From Chromatiales bacterium (GTDB lineage: Bacteria > Pseudomonadota > Gammaproteobacteria > RBG-16-57-12): 64,000 nt of DNA. Positions 17,735 through 26,533 of the stretch are shown here, one piece after another. Both the position numbers and the translations under genes were made by a program. The stretch spans positions 784-64,783 of the forward strand of contig JALSJH010000059.1 in the NCBI GenBank assembly GCA_026989455.1, given 5' to 3'. How positions within the stretch are numbered: the stretch's first letter is position 1; each line of letters begins with the position of its first letter. A model generated the notes under the pieces. The model saw only the letters and a list, made by a program, of their open reading frames with translations. It made no database searches and was not told the DNA's origin.

Positions 17735-19084
17735 ATGCGAGGCGTGATGACCCGATTTTTATTACTGCTTTTGTTGCTCTGTTCACCACTCGCTGCTTTT
17801 GCTGGGCAGCAGGTGGAAGAGTTGCGTGCCAGTGCCGATCACAACTCCACCCGCATGGTTATCGAGCTGAGCAATCGCGTCGACTATCACGTTTTTACCC
17901 TAGGCAACCCTCACCGCGTGGTGGTGGATATTGCCGATACGACCCTCGATACCACAATTAACCAGAACGCTCTGGCCCACGGTCCTATTCAGCATGTGCG
18001 CTTTGGTACCCGTAAAGGAGATGATCTGCGTTTGGTGTTAGACGTGAATCAGAAGGTGGTACCCAAAGCCTTCCTCCTAGAGCCTCAGCAGGGGGTCGGT
18101 TATCGTTTGGTGATTGATTTTCCGGGGGTAGGGGAGTCGGCAGAACAGCGTAAGGTAAAGCAGAAGGCGGACACCACGGCTAAACCAAAGCATATATCAA
18201 AAACAGCGCCGCAAAGTTATCGTGATGTGGTGGTAGTGATCGATGCCGGTCATGGCGGTAAGGATGTGGGGGCGATTGGTGCAACCGGCAGCTACGAGAA
18301 GACCATTGTCTTGGCGGTCTCGAAAAAGCTGGCCAAATTAATCAATGCACAACCCGGTATGCGGGCTGTTTTAACCCGTGAGGACGACCACTTTTTAACC
18401 CTGCGTGAGCGCACTCGGATTGCCCGAGACAATCATGCTGATCTGTTTGTCTCCATTCATGCGGACTCTTTCAAGTCTCATCGTGCCAAAGGCTCATCGG
18501 TTTATGCCCTCTCTCAGCGGGGGGCCAGTAGTGAAGCTGCACGTCTGCTTGCCGAAAAAGAGAATGCCGCTGACTTGATTGCGGGTACCGATGCGGATGA
18601 AGACAATGAGATGCTGCGTTCGGTTCTATTAGATCTCTCCCAGACCGGGGCTATTAAGGAGAGTATCGCAGTGGGTGAGCGGGTGTTACGCAATATGGGT
18701 CGAGTTAATAAACTGCATAAAGAGCAGGTGGAGCAAGCGGGTTTTGCGGTGCTTAAATCACACGATGTGCCCTCCATATTGATTGAGCTGGCTTTCCTCT
18801 CTAACCCGGCTGAAGAGCGTCGCCTAAAAACCCACCAGCATCAAGACAAGCTAGCACGCTCCATCTGGGCGGGGGTGCATGACTATTTTATTGATACCCC
18901 GCCGCCGGGTACTCTGCTGGCGCTTAATGACGCTAAGCATATTATTCGCTCAGGTGAGACGCTCAGTGGTTTGGCGCATCGCTATCAGGTGAGTATGGAT
19001 GCGATCCGCTCTGCAAATGCCCTGCGTAGTGACCGACTACGCATCGGGCAGTCCATTCTTATTCCAGTACATGTTGGTGGCTGA
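17735..19084 (+). CDS. amiB: N-acetylmuramoyl-L-alanine amidase (AMIN + Amidase_3 + C-terminal LysM)
   Basis: Signal peptide, AMIN-like N-terminus, amidase_3 core (VVIDAGHGGKD, SIHADS), C-terminal LysM (IRSGETLSGLAHRYQV). Sits at the enteric amiB position between tsaE and mutL. Confidence 0.8.
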   Translation: MRGVMTRFLLLLLLLCSPLAAFAGQQVEELRASADHNSTRMVIELSNRVDYHVFTLGNPHRVVVDIADTTLDTTINQNALAHGPIQHVRFGTRKGDDLRLVLDVNQKVVPKAFLLEPQQGVGYRLVIDFPGVGESAEQRKVKQKADTTAKPKHISKTAPQSYRDVVVVIDAGHGGKDVGAIGATGSYEKTIVLAVSKKLAKLINAQPGMRAVLTREDDHFLTLRERTRIARDNHADLFVSIHADSFKSHRAKGSSVYALSQRGASSEAARLLAEKENAADLIAGTDADEDNEMLRSVLLDLSQTGAIKESIAVGERVLRNMGRVNKLHKEQVEQAGFAVLKSHDVPSILIELAFLSNPAEERRLKTHQHQDKLARSIWAGVHDYFIDTPPPGTLLALNDAKHIIRSGETLSGLAHRYQVSMDAIRSANALRSDRLRIGQSILIPVHVGG

Positions 19085-19140
19085 TTAGGGTTATGCGGTG
19101 TGTTAGAATCCCGTGCCCATCCATTGTGTGAGCTTTCCCC

Positions 19141-20985
19141 GTGAAACAGAGTCAGACTCCCCCCCGCATCCACCCCTTATCCACCCAGGTTTCGAACCAA
19201 ATTGCGGCGGGCGAAGTGGTCGAGCGTCCAGCTTCTGTGGTTAAGGAGCTTATGGAGAATGCGCTGGATGCCGGTGCCGATAAAATCGAGCTGGAAGTGG
19301 AGCAGGGTGGCGTTAAGCTGATTCGCATTCGCGATAATGGCTGTGGTATCCATAAAGATGACTTGGCACTGGCGTTGTGTCGACATGCGACCAGTAAAAT
19401 TAGTCGAGCCGAAGACCTTGAGCAGGTGGCAACGCTGGGTTTTCGCGGTGAAGCACTGCCCAGTATCAGCTCAGTGTCGCGCCTTAAAATTGATTCTCGC
19501 ACCGCAGTGGAAGAGTGCGGGTGGAGTGTTCAGGGTGATGGCAGTGAAGTCAGCAGTGCGCCGGAGCCAGTGGCTCATCCACCTGGGACAACACTAGAAA
19601 TTCGAGATCTTTTTTACAACTTACCGGCTCGGCGTAAATTCTTACGCACCGAAAAGACAGAGTTTAATCATCTGGATGAAGTAGTCAGGCGCATTGCGCT
19701 GAGTCGTCACGATGTGGCGATTACCGTTCACCACAACAACAAGTTGGTAAAGGGGTACCGTGCGGCGAGTGATGCCGCTTCGCATCGCCAGCGTATCGCT
19801 GCAATTTGCGGTTCAGGCTTTGTTGATCATGCGATCACTATCGATTTTGAAGCAGCAGGTCTGCGTCTGACTGGCTGGATAGCGGAGCCTGCGTTTTCTC
19901 GCAGCCAAGCGGATCAGCAATACTTCTTTGTCAATGGTCGGGTGGTGCGGGATAAATTGATCACCCACGCGATCCGCCAAGCCTATAAAGATGTGCTTTA
20001 TCAGGGGCGACACCCGGCTTATATCCTCTATTTGGAGATCGATCCGATATTAGTGGATGTCAATGTCCACCCGACCAAGCATGAAGTACGTTTTCGTGAA
20101 GGGCGCTTGGTGCATGATTTTCTGTTTCGATCCATTCACCAGGGGCTGGCTGCCGTCCGTCCCGGTGATCGCCCCGAGGTTGTTGAACACCCGGTGGGTG
20201 AGGCTGCGCCGCCGCTGAATCTGGCCGCAGTGGGTGAAAGTATGACACCACAAAACACAACATTTAACCCGCAAAGCCAGCAACGAATGCCGCTCAAGGT
20301 GATGGAGCAGGTCGCCATTTATGGCAAGCTGCACTCGGGTTCGGCATCGCCTGGTGCAGTGCCAACTCAGCCTTTCAGCGGCCATCAAGCGGGTGAAGAG
20401 GCACCACCTTTGGGTTATGCGGTGGCACAGATACACGGTGTCTATATTATTGCCCAAAACAGCCTAGGAATGGTGATTGTTGATATGCACGCCGCCCATG
20501 AGCGAATCACTTATGAGCGAATGAAATGCTCGATGCAGAGTGACGGTATAAAATCTCAGCCACTGCTGGTTCCCATAAATATTGCCGTCAGTGAACGTGA
20601 GGCGCGTCTGGTTGAGGAGCGTAGTGAGCTGTTCAGTGGTCTTGGTTTTGAGCTTTCACCTGCCGGGCCGCAAAGCCTTGTGATACGCCAGGTGCCAACT
20701 ATTTTGAAAGATGCAAATGCAGAGCAACTGGTAAGGGATTTACTCTCTGATGTGATCGTGCATGGCAGCTCGCGGCGCGTTGAGCAGGAGGTGAATGAGA
20801 TTCTAGGCACCATGGCGTGCCATGGTTCCGTGCGTGCTAACCGGCAGCTGGCACTGCCTGAGATGAATGCACTGCTGCGGGATATGGAACAGACTGAGCG
20901 CAGTGGCCAGTGTAATCACGGCAGACCCACCTGGACTCAGCTCTCTATGGCTGATCTGGATAAACTCTTTATGCGCGGTCAGTAG
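19141..20985 (+). CDS. mutL: DNA mismatch repair protein MutL
   Basis: GHKL ATPase motifs (ELMENALDAGA, RDNGCGI), 614 aa. Confidence 0.9.
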   Translation: MKQSQTPPRIHPLSTQVSNQIAAGEVVERPASVVKELMENALDAGADKIELEVEQGGVKLIRIRDNGCGIHKDDLALALCRHATSKISRAEDLEQVATLGFRGEALPSISSVSRLKIDSRTAVEECGWSVQGDGSEVSSAPEPVAHPPGTTLEIRDLFYNLPARRKFLRTEKTEFNHLDEVVRRIALSRHDVAITVHHNNKLVKGYRAASDAASHRQRIAAICGSGFVDHAITIDFEAAGLRLTGWIAEPAFSRSQADQQYFFVNGRVVRDKLITHAIRQAYKDVLYQGRHPAYILYLEIDPILVDVNVHPTKHEVRFREGRLVHDFLFRSIHQGLAAVRPGDRPEVVEHPVGEAAPPLNLAAVGESMTPQNTTFNPQSQQRMPLKVMEQVAIYGKLHSGSASPGAVPTQPFSGHQAGEEAPPLGYAVAQIHGVYIIAQNSLGMVIVDMHAAHERITYERMKCSMQSDGIKSQPLLVPINIAVSEREARLVEERSELFSGLGFELSPAGPQSLVIRQVPTILKDANAEQLVRDLLSDVIVHGSSRRVEQEVNEILGTMACHGSVRANRQLALPEMNALLRDMEQTERSGQCNHGRPTWTQLSMADLDKLFMRGQ

Positions 20986-21055
20986 TCGCCCTAATCTCTG
21001 GGGAATTAGAGTATAATGGGCGAGTTTAATTAATATTTTTCGATTTGGAGTTTTC

Positions 21056-22270
21056 ATGTCTGATATCAAAAAGGTTGTCTTGGCTTACTCTGGTGGCTTG
21101 GATACATCGATTATTCTCAAGTGGCTACAAGATGAGTATCAATGTGAAGTGGTCACTTTTACCGCAGATATCGGCCAGGGCGAAGAGGTAGAGCCTGCGC
21201 GTGCTAAGGCTGAGGCGTTAGGTATCAAAGAGATCTACATCGATGATCTGCGTGAAGAGTACGCCCGTGATTTTGTCTTTCCGATGTTTCGTGCCAATAC
21301 GGTTTATGAGGGTGAATATCTGCTGGGTACCTCGATTGCCCGGCCACTGATTGCGAAACGCCAAATTGAAATTGCAAAAGAGACCGGGGCAGATGCCGTC
21401 TCACATGGTGCTACGGGTAAGGGCAACGATCAGGTGCGTTTCGAGTTGGGCTACTACGGCCTCAAGCCAGATGTACATGTGATTGCCCCTTGGCGTGAGT
21501 GGGATCTTAACTCACGCAAAAAACTGCTGGCCTACGCTGAAGAGCATGGCATTGCGGTTGAAAACAAAAAAGGCAAAAAATCCCCTTACTCTATGGATGC
21601 CAATCTACTGCATATCTCCTACGAAGGTGGAATTTTGGAGGACCCTTGGGCGGAGCCAGAAGAGGAGATGTGGCGTTGGAGTGTCTCCCCTGAGCAGGCA
21701 CCCGATGTGGCAACCTATATCGAGCTGACCTACCTGCAAGGCGATATTATTGCGATCGACAATGCAGGAATGACCCCCGCTCAGGTGATGGAGCATCTGA
21801 ATAAAGTGGGCGGCGATAACGGTATCGGTCGATTGGATATTGTTGAAAACCGTTATGTGGGCATGAAGTCCCGTGGTTGTTACGAAACCCCAGCCGGAAC
21901 CATTATGCTGAAAGGGCATCGTGCCATTGAATCCATTACTCTGGATCGTGAAGTGGCGCACTTGAAAGATGAGCTGATGCCGCGCTATGCCCAGATGATC
22001 TATAACGGTTACTGGTGGGCACCCGAGCGGCAGATGATGCAGGAGATGATCGATGCCTCGCAGGTGACCGTGAACGGTAAGGTGCGCCTGAAGCTCTACA
22101 AGGGTAATGTGACCGTAGTGGGGCGTGAGTCTAAGAGTGATAGCCTGTTTGATGCCAATATTGCAACCTTTGAAGATGATGAAGGTGCTTATAATCAAGC
22201 CGATGCCGAAGGGTTTATTAAACTGAATGCATTGCGTTTGCGGATTGCTGGAAATAAAAGAAAGTGGTAA
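21056..22270 (+). CDS. argG: Argininosuccinate synthase
   Basis: PP-loop AYSGGLDTS, 404 aa. Confidence 0.9.
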   Translation: MSDIKKVVLAYSGGLDTSIILKWLQDEYQCEVVTFTADIGQGEEVEPARAKAEALGIKEIYIDDLREEYARDFVFPMFRANTVYEGEYLLGTSIARPLIAKRQIEIAKETGADAVSHGATGKGNDQVRFELGYYGLKPDVHVIAPWREWDLNSRKKLLAYAEEHGIAVENKKGKKSPYSMDANLLHISYEGGILEDPWAEPEEEMWRWSVSPEQAPDVATYIELTYLQGDIIAIDNAGMTPAQVMEHLNKVGGDNGIGRLDIVENRYVGMKSRGCYETPAGTIMLKGHRAIESITLDREVAHLKDELMPRYAQMIYNGYWWAPERQMMQEMIDASQVTVNGKVRLKLYKGNVTVVGRESKSDSLFDANIATFEDDEGAYNQADAEGFIKLNALRLRIAGNKRKW

Positions 22271-22292
22271 CCGGTTCGCTGTTTGCTGGGCT

Positions 22293-22733
22293 TTAGAGTT
22301 TCCTCACCAACTCCTGTAGTTGCGTGAGGTAAGCTTGCTCATCGGGTAACACATTGTAGCGTTGTGAGCGCCACATCTCTTCCGCTAGCTGCTCCATCAT
22401 AAGGTGTTCCGCATCGTGAGCAACCTTCTGTTTTTCTAGTAGCTGGCGCGCTACATCACGGATGCCAGTAGGGCGATCGGTTGATATCTGCTCATGCAGG
22501 GCGATGTGCATCGCCATATGCAAAAAGGGGTTGGTTTCACCCAGTTCTGGGGGGTACTCACGCTCTGCATGCTGGTCTTTTTGTGTGACCAGTTTTTGAT
22601 ATTCGGGGTGCATTTTGATAACCCCCGCGATGATCTCTTCCAGCGGAGTGAGTGGCTGCTGTTGTTGTTGCTTATCCCAAGCGGAAAAAAAACCTTCACG
22701 AAGCTGCTTGCGGTCTTGACTGAAAAACATCAC
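22293..22733 (-). CDS. DUF1841-like hypothetical protein
   Basis: 146-aa acidic, helical protein with the NPFLHMAMH motif. Its start overlaps the nth stop, suggesting co-transcription with nth. Confidence 0.55.
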   Translation of the reverse strand: MMFFSQDRKQLREGFFSAWDKQQQQQPLTPLEEIIAGVIKMHPEYQKLVTQKDQHAEREYPPELGETNPFLHMAMHIALHEQISTDRPTGIRDVARQLLEKQKVAHDAEHLMMEQLAEEMWRSQRYNVLPDEQAYLTQLQELVRKL

Positions 22734-23423
22734 TTATATCTCCGTCTTTTCGTTGTACTCGCATAAATCTTCAATCAGGCAGGAACCACAACGTGGCTTA
22801 CGCGCAATACAGCTGTAGCGGCCATGTAGAATTAGCCAGTGGTGAGCATCAACCAAAAACTCTTTGGGAATCACTTTCATCAGTTTTTCCTCTACGGTTA
22901 ATACATTTTTACCCGGCGCGATTTTGGTTCGATTGGAGACACGAAATATGTGTGTATCCACCGCCATTACCGGATGACCAAAGGCAGTATTGAGCACCAC
23001 ATTGGCCGTTTTTCGTCCCACGCCGGGCAGTGCCTCCAACGCTTCACGGTTTTCAGGTACCTCACCCTGGTGTTGGTTGACCAGCAGAGCGCAGGTTTTG
23101 ATGATATTGGCCGCTTTGGTATTGAAGAGGCCGATACTTTTAATGTGTTGTTTGAGCTCCTCTTCACCCAGCTCAAAAATTGCCTGTGGGGTGTTGGCGA
23201 GAGGGAATAGTTTATCTGTTGCCCTGTTCACCCCTTTGTCCGTTGCTTGTGCCGAGAGAATGACGGCAATTAACAGCTCGAAAGGGCTTGAGTAGTGAAG
23301 CTCTGTCACCGGGTTCGGATTCTCTTCGCGCCAGCGCGAAAAAATCTCATATCGTTTTTCTCTGTTCATCGGGCTAGAAACCGGTTTTTGAGCTGAAAAT
23401 GAAAAAAGTGCCGATGGGCACAC
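22734..23423 (-). CDS. nth: Endonuclease III
   Basis: HhH-GPD domain (LPGVGRKTANVVL) and a C-terminal 4Fe-4S cluster loop (CIARKPRCGSCLIEDLC). Confidence 0.9.
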   Translation of the reverse strand: MCPSALFSFSAQKPVSSPMNREKRYEIFSRWREENPNPVTELHYSSPFELLIAVILSAQATDKGVNRATDKLFPLANTPQAIFELGEEELKQHIKSIGLFNTKAANIIKTCALLVNQHQGEVPENREALEALPGVGRKTANVVLNTAFGHPVMAVDTHIFRVSNRTKIAPGKNVLTVEEKLMKVIPKEFLVDAHHWLILHGRYSCIARKPRCGSCLIEDLCEYNEKTEI

Positions 23424-23588
23424 ATGTTTGGCTGGATTATGCCGTTACAATCAAGTAGCTTGTTAAAGAATTGATGGAAGCTTGCAATTATTAAAGGAAT
23501 TGTACATATTCCAGTGTATAAAGTCATGGGCTCTGAAATGTTCGAAGCGGCCAGATGTATGGCAAAAGTAAAGAGTGGGAGTAGATAG

Positions 23589-26426
23589 ATGCGCGATTGG
23601 ATTAATTTATTACTGGTTATTACCTTTTCATTGGTATTGGCCGCCTGTGGTGGCGATGGTTTGGGAACCTCCGGAACGACAGCCCAAGATCCGCCACCAG
23701 TGGCTGACCCAGATGCACCTGTTCCCACCTCAGATGCAACCAATATAACGCTATTGGTCAGTAGTCCGCAAATGCCATCAGACGGCTCAAATACAGTTAC
23801 CTTGACGGCGGTGGCACGAGATAACAGCAACAGGTATGTAGAAAACACTACCATTGAGTTCTCGGCATCATCCGGTGGTATTTTAACCGGTGAGCGCACT
23901 GCAACTAACTCTTCAGGGCGAGTCTCTGCAACGCTGGATATTGGTGGCGACCCCGCTAACAGAACAATTGTGGTTACTGCGGTTGATAGTGTAACCGGCC
24001 AGAGTGCTAATCGGTCAGTTGAAGTGAGGGACACGCGGTTTATCTTTTCCGGTCCTCAGCGTATTGAGGTGGGTGAGAGTGCTGAGTTAGTGGTGCAGTT
24101 AGTGGATGCTGGTGGTAACCCAATCACCTTTCAAAATATCACCTTGACCTCCTCTCAGGGTAATACCATACAAGCACCTACTGGGCTGGTTACTGATAGT
24201 ACCGGTCGTATTACAGTGACAGTACTTGGCGGGGTCGCGGGTTCTGATTTCATTACCGCCAGCGCTTTTGGTCTGAATGCTGATAACAGTACCTTTTCAC
24301 TGGATATTATCACTGCGGATGCCATTTCATTTTACTTCGACTTGCCGGTCGATAATGCTGAGATTGCATTGGGCACGAACGCTGCTTTTCGTGTCTGCTT
24401 GACGGATGGCGCAGCCGCTGTAGCGGCGGGAACCACCATTCAAATTTCATCTACCCGCGGAACCTTTGGTTCAAGTGGTGGAGCTGTTGCCTCTTACAGC
24501 TCGGATGGATTGGCAACTTGTTGGGATGATACGCTGTCCAACCAAGGAGCGGGCTTCGCTCAGGTATTGGCGACTACCTCCAGTGCTACAGTCGCTTATG
24601 ATGAGCTGAGTGCCTCAAAATTACTTGAGTTTATTTCAACCACTGTCAGCTTAGTTAATATACAAGCTGCGAAATCCATTTTGGAGCGCGGAGAGCAGAC
24701 TCAAATTGTCGCTACATTGCGTGATAGTCACTATAATTTGGTGAAAAATAGAACGGTCAGTTTTTCCATTGATGCCGATGCCAGTAATGGCAATCTTAAC
24801 CCCCCCACAGCGACCACCAACAGTAATGGGGAGGCAACAGTTGTCTATACTGCGGGGATGGCTAGCTCTGGGCTGTATGATGTTATTATCAAAGCAGAAG
24901 ATTATGAGTCGGGGCTTTTTTCAACCACAGAGCTTACGGTTCAAAATAGAGCATTGCATGTAGCGCTGGGTCGCGGTAATACTATGGCTAATTATGATGA
25001 TGGGTCCTTAACCTCCTACGCGCTACCTTATAGTGCCATCGTAACTGATTCTGCTGGGCAACCTGTTGCTAATCAGCCGATAAGCCTCTCCATCTGGTCG
25101 CATCGATATTTCAAAGGTAGTTACTACCCCACATACTCTCCAACCGGCGGTTTTATTCTCTATAGCAATGCACCAGTTGATGAGTATGAGTGGGATGTGC
25201 CCGGTGACGGTGTAATTAGTTGGGGGCGCGTGCTCAGTTGTGGTAATGAAGATACTGATTTTAACGGCATCGCAGACTTTAATGAGGACCTCAATAGAAA
25301 TAGAACTTTTGACCGGACAAATGAAGATCTGAATGGTAATGGTGTTATCGATTTAAGTGAGGATACCAATGCAAATGGTATTTTGGATATTCTTGAGGAT
25401 GCGAATCGAAATGGTATTTTAGATCCGGGTGAGGATCTTAATGGTAATGGTAAATTGGATGCCACTGAAGATATCAACCTCAATGGGGTGTTGGATGGTA
25501 GTGAAGATGTCAATGAAAATGGTATTTTGGATGTGCTCGAAGATACCAACCTCAATGGTCGATTGGATCCAGGCGAGGATTTGAATTTCAATGGTGTGCT
25601 AGATGCTACGGAGGATCTGGACGGCGATGGTTTCTTGACCTCGGAAGATATTAATCGCAACGGTATTTTGGACCCGGGTGAAGATACCAATGGTGATGGT
25701 GTGTTGACCACAGAAGATCTTAACGGCAACGGGGTGCTGGATGTCAGTGAAGATCTTAACCTCAACGGTGTGCTGGATTTTGGTGAAGACCTGAACGGTA
25801 ACGGTATCATTGATGTGAGTGAAGACCGTAATTTGAATGGTTTTCTGGATGTGCTTGAAGATGCCAATAGAAATGGCGTGTTAGACCCGGGTGAAGACCT
25901 CAATGGTAATGGTCTTTTAGATCTTAGCGAAGATATTAATGGTAATGGTGTGCTGGATGTTGATGAAGACATTAATGGTGATGGCGTATTCTATGCCTAC
26001 GAGGATAGTAACCAAAATGGTATTTTAGACCCGGGTGAAGATCTGAATGGTGACGGTATTCTCAACCTTCCAGTAGATGTAGATGTGAATGGTAATGGCC
26101 GTCTTGACCCAGGCAATGTTGCGACAATTTCGGTAGATGACACTATTGGTGCCTTCTCAATCAACACCACCACTGATGAAAATGGTGTGGCTATCTTTGC
26201 AGTGATTTATGCTGAAAGTTTTGCAGGTTGGTTGGAGGTGTCACTTGAAGCGAGAGTGATCGTTGATGGTACTGAAAACTCGGACCGGACTCGCTTTATT
26301 TTACCGGCACTGGCCGATGACCTTAATCAGGAGGATACTCCCCCGGCAGGCTATGTTAGCCCCTTTGGTCGTGGTTATGATGTGCGTACTGGCCTGATTC
26401 AGGGTTGTACGGTGGACGAGATTTAG
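23589..26426 (+). CDS. Large lipoprotein with bacterial Ig-like domains and about 25 tandem EF-hand/TSP3-like calcium-binding loops
   Basis: Lipobox LVLAACGG. Several roughly 90-aa Ig-like (Big-type) repeats (TIVVTAVDSVTGQSANRSVEV and similar). From about residue 545 to 850, back-to-back 11-13 aa loops match D-x-N-x-N-G-x-L-D-x-x-E-D. Confidence 0.75.
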   Translation: MRDWINLLLVITFSLVLAACGGDGLGTSGTTAQDPPPVADPDAPVPTSDATNITLLVSSPQMPSDGSNTVTLTAVARDNSNRYVENTTIEFSASSGGILTGERTATNSSGRVSATLDIGGDPANRTIVVTAVDSVTGQSANRSVEVRDTRFIFSGPQRIEVGESAELVVQLVDAGGNPITFQNITLTSSQGNTIQAPTGLVTDSTGRITVTVLGGVAGSDFITASAFGLNADNSTFSLDIITADAISFYFDLPVDNAEIALGTNAAFRVCLTDGAAAVAAGTTIQISSTRGTFGSSGGAVASYSSDGLATCWDDTLSNQGAGFAQVLATTSSATVAYDELSASKLLEFISTTVSLVNIQAAKSILERGEQTQIVATLRDSHYNLVKNRTVSFSIDADASNGNLNPPTATTNSNGEATVVYTAGMASSGLYDVIIKAEDYESGLFSTTELTVQNRALHVALGRGNTMANYDDGSLTSYALPYSAIVTDSAGQPVANQPISLSIWSHRYFKGSYYPTYSPTGGFILYSNAPVDEYEWDVPGDGVISWGRVLSCGNEDTDFNGIADFNEDLNRNRTFDRTNEDLNGNGVIDLSEDTNANGILDILEDANRNGILDPGEDLNGNGKLDATEDINLNGVLDGSEDVNENGILDVLEDTNLNGRLDPGEDLNFNGVLDATEDLDGDGFLTSEDINRNGILDPGEDTNGDGVLTTEDLNGNGVLDVSEDLNLNGVLDFGEDLNGNGIIDVSEDRNLNGFLDVLEDANRNGVLDPGEDLNGNGLLDLSEDINGNGVLDVDEDINGDGVFYAYEDSNQNGILDPGEDLNGDGILNLPVDVDVNGNGRLDPGNVATISVDDTIGAFSINTTTDENGVAIFAVIYAESFAGWLEVSLEARVIVDGTENSDRTRFILPALADDLNQEDTPPAGYVSPFGRGYDVRTGLIQGCTVDEI
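25224..26139 (+). repeat. Coding tandem repeat (roughly 36-39 bp units) encoding the Ca-binding loop array
   Basis: Visible periodicity of GATxTxAATGGxAATGGTGTGCTGGAT-like units. The antisense ORF 25160-25972 is an artefact of this repeat. Confidence 0.7.
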
Positions 26427-26453
26427 CCTCTCTACTGTGCGGTATGTTTAGTT

Positions 26454-26483
26454 AAAAAGGGTGGCATTGCCACCCTTTTTTAA
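26454..26483 (+). terminator. Rho-independent terminator after the repeat lipoprotein gene
   Basis: Hairpin AAAGGGTGGC-ATTG-CCACCCTTT followed by a T-run. Confidence 0.55.
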
Positions 26484-26533
26484 TGGGTTAAATAGCTTTA
26501 TTTAGCTGTAAAAGAGATGGCAATATTCATTTT

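Noticed and set aside
21605-22198. 197-aa ORF antisense within argG
   Set aside because: argG is unambiguous (PP-loop and full-length conservation). The antisense ORF has no motifs and His/Gly/Ile-rich low complexity.
25160-25972. 270-aa Ser/Pro/Leu-rich ORF on the minus strand
   Set aside because: It is an antisense reading of the tandem Ca-loop coding repeat in the 23589-26426 gene. The low-complexity periodic sequence and full nesting inside a well-supported gene make it an artefact.
25224-26139. Possible CRISPR array suggested by the tandem periodicity
   Set aside because: The repeats are in-frame coding repeats (36-39 bp, imperfect) inside a long ORF. There are no spacer-like unique segments, no leader, and no cas genes anywhere in the window.
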